Shown piece after piece: positions 17,270 through 27,601 of a DNA stretch of 64,000 nt; the stretch's first letter is position 1, and the number at the start of each line of letters is the position of its first letter. The notes under the pieces are model-generated. The model ran no database searches. It saw only the letters and a program-made list of their open reading frames with translations, and was not told the origin of the DNA. The DNA lies in the IMG/VR virus record IMGVR_UViG_3300011008_001623, positions 4,412-68,411 of that record; one strand, 5' to 3'. Position numbers and translations under genes: made by a program. This DNA is from a virus. Taxonomy: Duplodnaviria > Caudoviricetes.

Positions 17270-19722
17270 TGGCGACTGATATTTTGACTCCTGATTCATA
17301 TATTAATGAAATTAGTGAATGGGTGGATAAAATTTATTTAATAACAGAAGAGGATTATGTGCATGGTGGAGAGGATGGATACGATAATGTTCCTCATCAA
17401 CAATTAACAAATCGTACGCTATATTTAAAAAATAGCTTAGATGATGTAGTTACTACAATAGATAATTTAAAAGAATCTATTAATGCACAAAATGCAAGCA
17501 ACCTCGCGGATTTTTCTTCTTTAAGAGCAAGTGTTTCAACGTTATCTTCTCAAATAGAAGAAATTAATAATATACTAAATATCGATGATGAAGAAGACCG
17601 GTCACAATTTCAAATTTTAACTGATAGAATTAATGAAATCCAGGAAATTTTAGATAATAAAGTATTTAATTATGCTGCATCGGATAGTGATGGTGGAGAC
17701 GCATTAACTGTAAAAACCACGAAAGCTAATAATACGCAAATTAATCTCGTCGGCGTTAATAATATTGAACCCAATAAATTAAAATATAATACTAACATCA
17801 CAATAGACCAAGATATTATCACAGCGGGAATATTTAAAGGAAGATTATTTGGTGAAGCAGATAAAGCAAAAAAATTATCAAATAAGATAAATGTATCTTT
17901 ATATGGTGATGTAGAGGGTACAGCTGAATTTGATGGAAGCTCAAATTTAAAGATTAATACAAATATTATTACAAAAGAAAATATCCCATCAGGAGGAAGT
18001 TATGGTCCTGACGAAGACATTACAGTACAACCTGGAGATGGCTTCAAAGTCCCTCAATTCACTGTAGATAGGTCTGGAGTTTTAACTAAAGTAGATAATA
18101 GGTTTATAAGATTTGATTTAGATCCAACCTTAATTAATAAGACAATTAATGTATCTCCAACAAATGAAAAAATTTATTTGGTTGGTACAGCTCAGCAATC
18201 TGAAAATCAGTATGCTTATTCTAATTTAAATGTTTATGAACGAAATGGTGTATTATATTCAAATAATAGAGAAGTAGTAGATGTATCATCTCCACAAAAT
18301 CTTACTAATAAAACGATTAATGGATATGAAATAAAATCTGCTGCAGCACGAAATGTAGATAATACTATTGGCGGGACTGACGGTTCTACTGATTTAGTAA
18401 CTTCTCATGCATTATATCATCATACGCATCAATATGCTCCTAGTGATATTCATGGAGCTGCAGAAAAAGTACAGATTGGAACAACTTCTGGCCCTGGCAA
18501 TTTGATTCAAAATAGTGGCGATAATACTATTGCTAAAAATGAAAATATTCAAGTAAATGCAGGAAATATGACATTAGATTCTGTAACAGCTAAAAAATTA
18601 ACTGCTACAGATGAAATGTATATTCCAGGCGGAAAAATCTGGATAGAAAATGCGACTGGTGGAGGACAACAAAGTTATACTCCAGAATTAGAAGCATTAA
18701 TTTCTGAAGTAAGAGAATTAAAACAAAAACTAGCAAATTTAGATACAGATACTGTACATACTGCGAAAATTAAATACGAACAAATAGAAAAATGTAAACC
18801 AATGTCAGTTCTATCATATCAGAAAGATAAATATTGGCTTGCAGATAATACTACTTCAGTATTGACACAAAATCTTGCATTAGCACTAAATAATCCTACA
18901 CCAGAAGGAATTGTAGATGTTTTAACATTTGGTACTTATAATTTAGAAGATAATAGTCATAATGGTAGCCCTTGTTATGTAGGGACTGAAGGTGAAATAT
19001 TATTTGAGCAACCAAATATTCAAGATTCTGTATCGAAAAAAATTGGATTTGTAGTAGATGATAAATTAATTTTCAGACCTGAGGATAGTAATACTGATTA
19101 TGTAGTTGCTATAGAAAATTCAACATGGGAATTAGATAAAAATGGAAATATTCAGCCAGTTTATAGTCCTTCTGCTCATGATGCATTATGGGAACAAGAT
19201 GTTTACGGAGATTATATGCCCGCAAAATATTCTTATTCGAATGAACTTTGGGGGACTACAGACAGATATGAAATATTCCCATTAGGCAATGGTGAGATTC
19301 AAGATGGAGACGCAAATGTACTTGGATTACGTTATTATATTCCTGAGCATGGCATGCTTCAAATATCTACAACAGCAGACTGGAGTCATGAATTAAGATA
19401 TTCAATTTCCACTGAAAGAAATGGCATCAGGCCTTACTGGGGTCCCTCTATTAATGCTCCTGCATGGCCATTGAATGCTACTATTTATTGGCCTCAAGAT
19501 AAGGTTATTACGACATTCTGGGATGATACAGAAGAACATTGGACGAATCCATTACAAGAATATTGGGAAATTATGACATATCAGTATAAATATCCATTTA
19601 TGGTAGAAAAAGATGATATTGTATTAGTATTTATGGAAATGCCATTAGGACTTGAATTAAAAGATTATGTTAAAGTTCTATTAACAACAGACAGTGATGT
19701 TATAGAATTACATGGAGAGTGA
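17269..19722 (+). CDS. tail fibre protein B
   Basis: QLTNRTLYL, HTHQYA, IPGGKIWIEN; colinear with fibre A. Confidence 0.75.
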   Translation: MATDILTPDSYINEISEWVDKIYLITEEDYVHGGEDGYDNVPHQQLTNRTLYLKNSLDDVVTTIDNLKESINAQNASNLADFSSLRASVSTLSSQIEEINNILNIDDEEDRSQFQILTDRINEIQEILDNKVFNYAASDSDGGDALTVKTTKANNTQINLVGVNNIEPNKLKYNTNITIDQDIITAGIFKGRLFGEADKAKKLSNKINVSLYGDVEGTAEFDGSSNLKINTNIITKENIPSGGSYGPDEDITVQPGDGFKVPQFTVDRSGVLTKVDNRFIRFDLDPTLINKTINVSPTNEKIYLVGTAQQSENQYAYSNLNVYERNGVLYSNNREVVDVSSPQNLTNKTINGYEIKSAAARNVDNTIGGTDGSTDLVTSHALYHHTHQYAPSDIHGAAEKVQIGTTSGPGNLIQNSGDNTIAKNENIQVNAGNMTLDSVTAKKLTATDEMYIPGGKIWIENATGGGQQSYTPELEALISEVRELKQKLANLDTDTVHTAKIKYEQIEKCKPMSVLSYQKDKYWLADNTTSVLTQNLALALNNPTPEGIVDVLTFGTYNLEDNSHNGSPCYVGTEGEILFEQPNIQDSVSKKIGFVVDDKLIFRPEDSNTDYVVAIENSTWELDKNGNIQPVYSPSAHDALWEQDVYGDYMPAKYSYSNELWGTTDRYEIFPLGNGEIQDGDANVLGLRYYIPEHGMLQISTTADWSHELRYSISTERNGIRPYWGPSINAPAWPLNATIYWPQDKVITTFWDDTEEHWTNPLQEYWEIMTYQYKYPFMVEKDDIVLVFMEMPLGLELKDYVKVLLTTDSDVIELHGE

Positions 19723-20786
19723 TATGTATGTATTACCTTCATATTTTAAAAGATAACAAACATATTAAATGTCCTATATATGATAGTATAAAAAATTTCC
19801 CTAAAACACAAAAATTTATGAATGTACGCATACATTCTGGCAATGTTCCTGATGAACCTATTGATTATCAAGATATCAATATGTGGACAAATCTTTTCGG
19901 AAGTTATTGGTATGACCAAAATTTTGATGAATGGGGTTCCGAAGTTCCAACAAATGATGATTATCCTACAACTAATATGTGGACCAATAATTCTGACAAT
20001 TATTGGTATAATCAAAATTTTGAAGAATGGGGATTGGAGAATCCAGATTATGATGAAAATCCTCAAGATATGTATTTGCTAATCAATAAAACCCCAGATG
20101 TTTTTGACTCAGGAATGAGAGTCAAAATAAAAAGGAATATTTATCAAATATCGACTTCGTATGCTACACATATTATAAAAACAAAGTTTTTAACAGATAA
20201 TTACTATATTAATATCACAGACATAAACAGATTGTTTTATGGACTAGTAAACATATTTGATACACGCGTTGTATTAAATAACGATAGAATTATATTAACA
20301 TCTCCAGAAAGTAAATATGGAATTACTAAAATGTTAGTAATAGGATTGAATGTAGAAATTAGTTATATTGATTCCATTATTGATGATGTTGATGATATTT
20401 TTACATTCACTACTTATTATAATGGCTGGTGTAATTATAATTCAACTAATCCCGATAGATTAAAAGCAAATGCAATGTTATTGGAATTTGATCCGAATAG
20501 AATATATCAGATTAAATTTTCAGATTCATATAAAAATTATTCTTATGATTCCAATATTAAGAATTGTATATTTTTTGGAAAAGATGTTGAAAATTTAAAA
20601 AATGGAGACTATAATAAAATATTTCATAAGAATAGTTTCTTTACGACAATAGATAATGAAGTATTGGATTGTCATACAAAAAAAGTAAGAGATGAGTTAT
20701 GGAATATTCGAAAATCTTTAACGAGCTATAATCAACGAAATTACACATATAACTATTATAAGTTAGAAGATGTTAAAATTGATTAA
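19719..20786 (+). CDS. fibre-associated protein B2 with Trp-rich tandem repeat
   Basis: Paralog of 16457..17269 with an inserted NMWTN...YWY.QNF.EWG duplicate. Confidence 0.65.
   Translation: MICMYYLHILKDNKHIKCPIYDSIKNFPKTQKFMNVRIHSGNVPDEPIDYQDINMWTNLFGSYWYDQNFDEWGSEVPTNDDYPTTNMWTNNSDNYWYNQNFEEWGLENPDYDENPQDMYLLINKTPDVFDSGMRVKIKRNIYQISTSYATHIIKTKFLTDNYYINITDINRLFYGLVNIFDTRVVLNNDRIILTSPESKYGITKMLVIGLNVEISYIDSIIDDVDDIFTFTTYYNGWCNYNSTNPDRLKANAMLLEFDPNRIYQIKFSDSYKNYSYDSNIKNCIFFGKDVENLKNGDYNKIFHKNSFFTTIDNEVLDCHTKKVRDELWNIRKSLTSYNQRNYTYNYYKLEDVKID
19878..20033 (+). repeat. 96-bp-period intragenic tandem duplication
   Basis: AATATGTGGAC at 19878 and 19974, each followed by TATTGGTAT.A.CAAAATTTTGA.GAATGGGG. 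Confidence 0.85.
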
Positions 20787-20857
20787 ATTTTCATATAATA
20801 ATGTTGTAGATTATCTATGACATTATTTTTCATTTGAAATAAATTTAGGAGGATAAA

Positions 20858-21157
20858 ATGGACGAAACAACAAAACGTAATTTGGAGAATAAAAATACAA
20901 CTGTAAAAATAGAGAACGGTTCTACTTATATGACAATTAATGGAATTAAGACAAAATTAAAAGATACTCCATTAGATGTCACTGATCAGTTTGAAGATTT
21001 GCATTTTTGTGATTTTTGCGGTGCTCCACCTGGAGAAGACCCTTTATTTACAATTGATAAGAAACATTTTATTTGCAAAGACTGTACCATTTTAGCATAT
21101 AATACTTTTATAGAAAACGGTATTCCTATGCCAATTAATATGAAGGTGACATCATGA
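20858..21157 (+). CDS. ClpX C4-type zinc finger protein
   Basis: FCDFCG...FICKDC motif. Confidence 0.75.
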   Translation: MDETTKRNLENKNTTVKIENGSTYMTINGIKTKLKDTPLDVTDQFEDLHFCDFCGAPPGEDPLFTIDKKHFICKDCTILAYNTFIENGIPMPINMKVTS

Positions 21158-21762
21158 TAAGAAAAAATCTAAATGATTTAAACAAAGAAATTATTCAAAT
21201 ATTTGAACAACATAATATTCAAGAATCAGATATGTTAAATGTTTATCAAAATTGTTTAAAAGATTTTGAACGGGCGTATGTAACAAAAATAGAAATTGAA
21301 GAAAATTTATTAAATTCATTAAGAGATATTATCTGGTATAATCTTGAACATAAAGATGAACATGATTTGACTAAATTAGGAAGTGTATTTCCTACATTTA
21401 TGACATTTTGTGATAAGGATAATATTATTTCTCTAGATGAAGCTCAGAATTTAATTGGAGAATTAAATGAAATTCATCGTAATTTTAATGAAAAACCAAT
21501 GTATTTTTGTTATATGACTGGTCCATTAGAAAATTTTGAAGATAATACCAGCAAAGTTAATTTTATTGATAAGCGTAAAGATAAAAAACTTCAAAATGAT
21601 TATGTAAAAGTTGCAGAAATCACATGTTTTATTGAAGATGAAATTTCTGCATATCCATTAAAACAGGCAAAAATCAATTCTTTTTTAACAAAATTAAAAG
21701 AAGCTTGCCAAGAATGTATTAAAAATAAATCAAAAATAATGGTGGGATTTATAAATGCCTAA
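21154..21762 (+). CDS. hypothetical protein
   Basis: 202 aa ORF with ATGA overlap. Confidence 0.75.
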   Translation: MIRKNLNDLNKEIIQIFEQHNIQESDMLNVYQNCLKDFERAYVTKIEIEENLLNSLRDIIWYNLEHKDEHDLTKLGSVFPTFMTFCDKDNIISLDEAQNLIGELNEIHRNFNEKPMYFCYMTGPLENFEDNTSKVNFIDKRKDKKLQNDYVKVAEITCFIEDEISAYPLKQAKINSFLTKLKEACQECIKNKSKIMVGFINA

Positions 21763-22078
21763 ACAAGCTAGAATTGGGGATTTAGTTTCTATATCATGTC
21801 CTCATGGTCCACAAACTGGAATTATCATATCTCATAGTCCAAAAAGTTATTTTGATATGTTAGGCGGCGCAAGATTATCTGATACTGTAGTTTGTTGTGC
21901 TTGTGGCCAATCTGGAAATATTATTACTGGGAGTTCGGTTACATTTTATGATGGATTAGCTGCTGCTAGAATTGGAGATTCTTGTGTAGGAACATGTGAT
22001 ATTGGATGTAAAACATGTCCTCATAGTAGAAGTGGAGTAATTGTTACTGGTAGTGAACATACTGATGTAGACCGGTAA
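21755..22078 (+). CDS. PAAR-repeat tail spike tip protein
   Basis: QARIGD, GARLSD and AARIGD repeats with CPH and G.I.TGS. Confidence 0.9.
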   Translation: MPKQARIGDLVSISCPHGPQTGIIISHSPKSYFDMLGGARLSDTVVCCACGQSGNIITGSSVTFYDGLAAARIGDSCVGTCDIGCKTCPHSRSGVIVTGSEHTDVDR

Positions 22079-22089
22079 ATTAAAAGGAA

Positions 22090-22842
22090 GTGAATAATAT
22101 GTCTCATTTTCCTGATTTTATTGCATCATTAGAACAATTTAAACAAGATAATGATATCAAGTTAAGTTATGCAGAATCAAGGCGATACGGTTGGAGATTA
22201 GGTTCTGAAGCAAAATCAGATTTACAAGAACATATTGAAGAAACATGGCCTGATGCAGATCCTCAACAAAAAGAAAATTTCAAATTAATGTTTGAACCAG
22301 GAAGAGATTTAATGGGAATTCAGATATTAAGTATTATTCCTGGGAATACGGTTTATTTATTAGAATCAACTGAAAAAAGTCATTTAACATCATGTACTAT
22401 TGCACAATTTTGGGAAAATAAAATTTATGCACAACAAACGATGAAATGTCCAATATTAAAATCTAATTTTTATTGGCCTATTGCAATAAAAATTGGTTCT
22501 GTAAATATTAAAGATTCATCAAAAGAATATTTTGATATAAATGAGAATGCGTCTTCCGGCGCAATTACTTATAATTCTAATATATATACATCAAAAGATG
22601 TTTATGTTAATGGTAAACTTGATTATAAATCTGGATTAATGACTTTAACTAGATTTAGTAAAAAAAATGATGAAACATATGATAAATTATTAGCTAAACA
22701 AGGTTCAGGTGGAAGTTCTGGTGGTTCGGGAAGTTCTTCGGGAGGAGCATCCGAAATATTCACAAAAGATTCAGACAACTTGAATATATCTTTTATTGCA
22801 TATGAAGGTCCAGTAAAAAAAATATTTGAATTTAGTATTTGA
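22090..22842 (+). CDS. hypothetical protein, possibly structural
   Basis: 250 aa ORF, Gly/Ser linker near the C-terminus. Confidence 0.7.
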   Translation: MNNMSHFPDFIASLEQFKQDNDIKLSYAESRRYGWRLGSEAKSDLQEHIEETWPDADPQQKENFKLMFEPGRDLMGIQILSIIPGNTVYLLESTEKSHLTSCTIAQFWENKIYAQQTMKCPILKSNFYWPIAIKIGSVNIKDSSKEYFDINENASSGAITYNSNIYTSKDVYVNGKLDYKSGLMTLTRFSKKNDETYDKLLAKQGSGGSSGGSGSSSGGASEIFTKDSDNLNISFIAYEGPVKKIFEFSI

Positions 22843-23093
22843 AAGAAATAATTTTTCTAATAAAGGAGTGTATTATAATGAAGCAAAATTTTCGTACGAA
22901 TTTCTTTGAATTCGGTGATAAACACCTAATTAATAGTATTTGCACAAAACATAATGTTAAAGTAACATCAAATACTAAAAAAATTGCATTGATTGGAGAT
23001 GATATTAATGATTTGATTAATGCAATTAAAGAATCATTTAACAATAATTGTAAATTGACAATTAAAAACGATATTGTATATGTAAATTTGTAA
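22839..23093 (+). CDS. hypothetical protein
   Basis: ORF with an AAGGAG RBS before an internal ATG (MKQNFR). Confidence 0.6.
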   Translation: MKEIIFLIKECIIMKQNFRTNFFEFGDKHLINSICTKHNVKVTSNTKKIALIGDDINDLINAIKESFNNNCKLTIKNDIVYVNL

Positions 23094-23099
23094 AAAGAC

Positions 23100-23537
23100 A
23101 TGGATAAAAATAGATTTTTAGACGATAATAATATTATAAAAATAGATAGAGATACTTTAGATGGACAATCTCTTGATAATATTGAAATGAATTTATATCC
23201 CAATATTGACGAATCATCTGATGAAGCAGATAGTGTTTCATCAGAACTACATCCTCCCGTTACAAATGAGTCAAAAGAACCTGCTGATTCAGATGATTTG
23301 ATTCAATATATTCAACCAAAAACACGTGAAGAATTAATTATTGAATTAATTGACAAATTTCAGTCCCAATTTATTTTAAAAGAAGTGGAGACTGAATTGT
23401 TTAAAGATTTAATTGCTAATTATTCAAAAAATACCAAAGAAAGAGATTTAAATCGTCAGAAGATGTTAAATCTTAAAGATGATATGAGATTAATTCAGAA
23501 AAAGATAGAGATTTTGAAAGGATTTTTAAATGAGTGA
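23100..23537 (+). CDS. hypothetical protein with C-terminal coiled coil
   Basis: 145 aa ORF. Confidence 0.75.
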   Translation: MDKNRFLDDNNIIKIDRDTLDGQSLDNIEMNLYPNIDESSDEADSVSSELHPPVTNESKEPADSDDLIQYIQPKTREELIIELIDKFQSQFILKEVETELFKDLIANYSKNTKERDLNRQKMLNLKDDMRLIQKKIEILKGFLNE

Positions 23538-24006
23538 GGGTACTATTCATAAACAACTGAAAATAGTTGCAATGGCATACTTAAAAAAACATTGTATTGA
23601 TATAGTTTCTTGCGAAACAAAATTTAGAAATCTAAAATCAATATCTGATGTGTGTGGACTTAATCTTAAACGTAAAGAAGTTAGAGTTATTGAATGTAAA
23701 GCTTCTTTAAAAGATTATTTACGAGATACAAAGTTATTCAATTTAGAGAAAAGTTATTTCTTTCATTGTAATTACTTTTACATTATGTGTCCTAAAGATA
23801 TTATTCCTAAGGATAAAGTCTTGAAGGAATTTGGATTAATTTATGTTAATGAAGATAATTCAATTACAGTAATTCAAAAACCTAAAAAAAATAAGAAATT
23901 AAAAACGCGGTTTGAAACCACGTTAAAAAACTCATGCAGGTCAATCACGAATGATTTGATTTTCAAATTTTATAAATGTCAAGATTGTGTAAAAGATTTT
24001 TACTGA
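23530..24006 (+). CDS. PD-(D/E)xK nuclease, MmcB-like
   Basis: H..LK, DVCG, VIECKASLKD, CNYFY, FGLIYV. Confidence 0.75.
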   Translation: MSEGTIHKQLKIVAMAYLKKHCIDIVSCETKFRNLKSISDVCGLNLKRKEVRVIECKASLKDYLRDTKLFNLEKSYFFHCNYFYIMCPKDIIPKDKVLKEFGLIYVNEDNSITVIQKPKKNKKLKTRFETTLKNSCRSITNDLIFKFYKCQDCVKDFY

Positions 24007-24062
24007 CTCATTCATAATATCATATCAAAAAAGGGGAGTAAAACATTTACTCTCCTTTTAAC

Positions 24063-24803
24063 TTAAAATATGGTATAACCATTTTTTCCTTGATTTTTAG
24101 TTTTATATAATGCTAAATCAGCTGAATCAAAAACAATATTGTAGTCTCTACCAGTTTCAGGAACAATTGCTATTCCTATACTAGCAGTGAGTTCCATATT
24201 GTTTTTTAATTTTATTTGACGAGCAATTTCATTAATCATTTGTGCTTTTTTCTCAATCATGCGTTTATCTTTAATATTTTTAAATAAAATAGTAAATTCA
24301 TCACCACCAAATCGAGATATACAATCATTACTTCTGCAAATTGTTCTTAATTTTTTAGCAAATTCGCATATTACTTCGTCACCATATTGATGACCAAAAG
24401 TATCATTGATTTGTTTAAAATGGTCTAAATCTATCATAAAAAATGCATGATGTCCGTGTTTGACTGTAATCGTACAAATTGTTTCCATTGCTTTTTTATT
24501 TAAAAGACCAGTAAGATTATCTAATTCTGCTAATGATTTATATGTATCTCTGGATGAAGCCATTTCTTCAAGTGACTGTATAATATTAATTAATTGATTG
24601 TCCTTCTCATCTAATTCACTATTTTTCCGTTTAATAATACTGTTCTGATAAAGAATTGCGGCAGATGCTATTAAAATTGCAACCGATGCCAAAAATAATT
24701 CTACGCTAATTCCGATAACAATAACAAGTATATAACCAAACACGATTAATAAGATGAGAGGTAAGAAGATTTTCTTCATCTTATCACTCTCCTTTTTTTC
24801 CAT
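24063..24803 (-). CDS. membrane-anchored diguanylate cyclase (GGDEF)
   Basis: Two N-terminal TM helices, coiled coil, DNLTGLLN, IDLDHFKQINDTFGHQYGD, RxxD I-site (RSND) and intact GGDEF. Confidence 0.92.
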   Translation of the reverse strand: MEKKESDKMKKIFLPLILLIVFGYILVIVIGISVELFLASVAILIASAAILYQNSIIKRKNSELDEKDNQLINIIQSLEEMASSRDTYKSLAELDNLTGLLNKKAMETICTITVKHGHHAFFMIDLDHFKQINDTFGHQYGDEVICEFAKKLRTICRSNDCISRFGGDEFTILFKNIKDKRMIEKKAQMINEIARQIKLKNNMELTASIGIAIVPETGRDYNIVFDSADLALYKTKNQGKNGYTIF

Positions 24804-24885
24804 TATATCATCTTTTATGGTAAATTGACACTATTTTTAAGAAAATTTGCAAATGATTATGTGAAATTTTTTATACATATAAGGA

Positions 24886-25467
24886 GTGATTTATTTGAAA
24901 ATTTATTGCATTGTTGGAGAAACTGGTACAGGAAAAGATACTGTATTTCAGAAATTACTTCTTCAACGAAATGATTTAACTCCAATAATAACATATACAA
25001 CGAGACCACCTCGTATTGGAGAAAAGAACGGTAAGGAATATTATTTTGTGTCAAAAAATGTATTTAACAAATTAAAAAAAGGAGATAAGATTATAGAACA
25101 TCGAACATATGAAACTATTCATGGACCATGGATTTATTTTATGGCATGTGATAATCAAATTGATACAAAGTCTGACAAAAAATATATTGTAATCAATACT
25201 TTGCAAGGAGCAAAAAAATTAAAAGACATTTATGGAAAAGATGTTGTGATTATTCATTTGTATATTGATGATAGAGAACGATTATTACGTTGTTTTGCTA
25301 GAGAAACAAATGGAAATTGCGATTATGTAGAAATGTGTAGAAGATATGTTTCAGATTCCAAAGATTATTCAAAAGAAAATTTTGAAAAACTCGGTTTAAA
25401 AGATTTAAGAATAATTAATGACAATATCTATCAATGTGTAGAACAAATTTCAAAAATCATTAAATAA
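24886..25467 (+). CDS. gmk: guanylate kinase-like protein
   Basis: P-loop GETGTGKD, TTRPPRIGEKNGKEYYFV. Confidence 0.85.
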   Translation: MIYLKIYCIVGETGTGKDTVFQKLLLQRNDLTPIITYTTRPPRIGEKNGKEYYFVSKNVFNKLKKGDKIIEHRTYETIHGPWIYFMACDNQIDTKSDKKYIVINTLQGAKKLKDIYGKDVVIIHLYIDDRERLLRCFARETNGNCDYVEMCRRYVSDSKDYSKENFEKLGLKDLRIINDNIYQCVEQISKIIK

Positions 25468-25548
25468 GTATCGTTTTAAACGATACTTTTATTTTGTTTA
25501 TAGATTAAAAATGTTCGGAAAATAATTGCAAGTAATGGAGATGATAAA

Positions 25549-27588
25549 ATGACACTTGATTGGCAGAATATAGATGAAGCTAAAAAATATTTAGGAGAAA
25601 AAAACCTTAAAGAATGGGCATCATCTATTTATATTTTTGAAAAACAAAAAATTAATGATTATTTAAAATCAACTTATCCAATTTCTGATTGGGAAATGGA
25701 TAAGAATTCTAAAATGTACAATAGTCTAAAAAAATTATCAATTGATGAATATACTGATAGTATAGACCCTGCAAGTTTTAGTAACGATTATAAACATAAT
25801 CTTAATGAATTCATTAAAGATGGAGACGAAATAGGGAATATTAACTTTGATGATATATCTTATGATTTGTTTGATATTGGAATGGAAAATTCTCAAGATA
25901 TTTTTGATAAATGCGTTAGTGATTATTTAATTAAAAATGAACGTGCTTTTGGATTTAATACTAATGGACGATTTGATGAACAAAATCAAATAGAAGAATC
26001 AGCCGAGGAAAAAATTGATGATTTAAATGATTTTTATGAATTAGACGATAATATCGGCGATATCATAGCACTTCCCAAGAGAATTGATTATGATAATCGA
26101 GATGCTGCTTTGATTTATTTGGATGGAGAAGTTTTAGAATCTCATGATGATGAAACTCATGCACAAATTCTTCAGCATTATTTGGAAGACGAAGGAAGAG
26201 AAGACGAAATTCCACAAGATATTATTGATAATCCAAGAGATGGAAGTCGCCCTTCATTAAATCGTATGAAACGTTTAGTAGGAACCGAAGAAGTAGCTTT
26301 TGGACATGTAGTTAATGATTGTGCATTTATTGAAGAATTAGCAAATGGAGCAAACATTAACGATGTAGCTAATACTTGTAAAGATGAGTATTCTAAAGTA
26401 TATCAATACGATGGGAGGAATAGATTGGTGAAACGTGTAGCAAAACTTTCCATAAAACCAAACGATTCATTATATGATGATTTTGTATTATCATTAAGTG
26501 ATTATTTCTGTAAAGAATTTAATAATAGAGGTTTATGCGCAAAACGTAATCAAGGATATGTAAGTATTCAATTGCCACAATTATATAAAGAAAAATATCA
26601 TAGTGTAATTGTAGATTGTGGAAATGGATACGTTTATCTGCGTGGCGATAACTGCAATGATAAGAAATTTGGAAAGCTATCTAAATACAATCCTCAAAGA
26701 AAATCTGATGCTTATAATTGTGTTAATTACAATATAACACGTTTGGTAAATCGCATCAATAATTTAGATTATGGTATTTGTGATTTACGTACTGCAAAAA
26801 TAGCTAGTGAAGTTATCGATTTAATGCCTGAAGATTTTTTAGAAATTCCTGAAGAAAATGTTGTTGTAGTAGAACCAACAGAATTAGATGATGAAATTCC
26901 TGTAGAATTTTTATTAGAAGATAATCAGTCTTTGGAAGATATTCCTGTAGAATTAAATGATATTCCTATTATTTTAGAAGAATATCCTGAATATTTTGAT
27001 GATGAAGTAATTTTTCTTCCAGACCATTTAATGTGTGTTTGTGAAGGTGATGATATTGTATCTATGCTTATACCAGAATATGATGATATTTCTGAAGATG
27101 ATTTTTTAGAAGTCAATGCTGGTAAAATGAATTCTAATATAACTCCAGAAAAAGAAAAACAATTATATGATGAACATCCTAATTTAAAAGACATTACAGA
27201 ATATGGTGATTTAAATTACATTTATAAAGATTCTATTCAATTTGAACAACCATATGATTTTAATGAAAAAGATATGAAAAAATGGTGTTTATTATGGGAT
27301 AATGTTATTGTTAATAGATTTATTGAAACCTTTAACGTTAATAAGAGCGATATAGAATTAAATGATGATATCATTACGTTATATACAGATAATTTATATA
27401 ACTGTGAGTATTCTCAAAATTATAAAGACGATAATTATGAATCTATTCCTGGAAAAATCTTTTTTAAACCTCAGATAACTGGCTGGAAATATACTTACGT
27501 TGATTATGATGGAAATAAATTAGATAAAGATTATATTACACCTGATATAAATGGAATTCATTTTGAATATGCTGGAGAGAAATCATAA
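25549..27588 (+). CDS. large acidic multi-module protein (putative head polyprotein)
   Basis: 679 aa; domain paralogous to 1162..1965; internal RLVKRVA and RTAKIA boundaries; IPVE acidic repeats. Confidence 0.75.
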   Translation: MTLDWQNIDEAKKYLGEKNLKEWASSIYIFEKQKINDYLKSTYPISDWEMDKNSKMYNSLKKLSIDEYTDSIDPASFSNDYKHNLNEFIKDGDEIGNINFDDISYDLFDIGMENSQDIFDKCVSDYLIKNERAFGFNTNGRFDEQNQIEESAEEKIDDLNDFYELDDNIGDIIALPKRIDYDNRDAALIYLDGEVLESHDDETHAQILQHYLEDEGREDEIPQDIIDNPRDGSRPSLNRMKRLVGTEEVAFGHVVNDCAFIEELANGANINDVANTCKDEYSKVYQYDGRNRLVKRVAKLSIKPNDSLYDDFVLSLSDYFCKEFNNRGLCAKRNQGYVSIQLPQLYKEKYHSVIVDCGNGYVYLRGDNCNDKKFGKLSKYNPQRKSDAYNCVNYNITRLVNRINNLDYGICDLRTAKIASEVIDLMPEDFLEIPEENVVVVEPTELDDEIPVEFLLEDNQSLEDIPVELNDIPIILEEYPEYFDDEVIFLPDHLMCVCEGDDIVSMLIPEYDDISEDDFLEVNAGKMNSNITPEKEKQLYDEHPNLKDITEYGDLNYIYKDSIQFEQPYDFNEKDMKKWCLLWDNVIVNRFIETFNVNKSDIELNDDIITLYTDNLYNCEYSQNYKDDNYESIPGKIFFKPQITGWKYTYVDYDGNKLDKDYITPDINGIHFEYAGEKS

Positions 27589-27601
27589 GGGAGGCGAGAA
27601 G

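Noticed and set aside
15600-20040. Diversity-generating retroelement acting on the Trp-rich fibre tips
   Set aside because: The repeats are in-frame tandem duplications with mismatches at all bases rather than adenine-specific; no reverse transcriptase or template repeat is in the window.
21755-22078. PAAR gene as evidence of a type VI secretion or extracellular contractile injection system
   Set aside because: The context has terminase, portal and prohead protease, so it is a phage tail spike tip.
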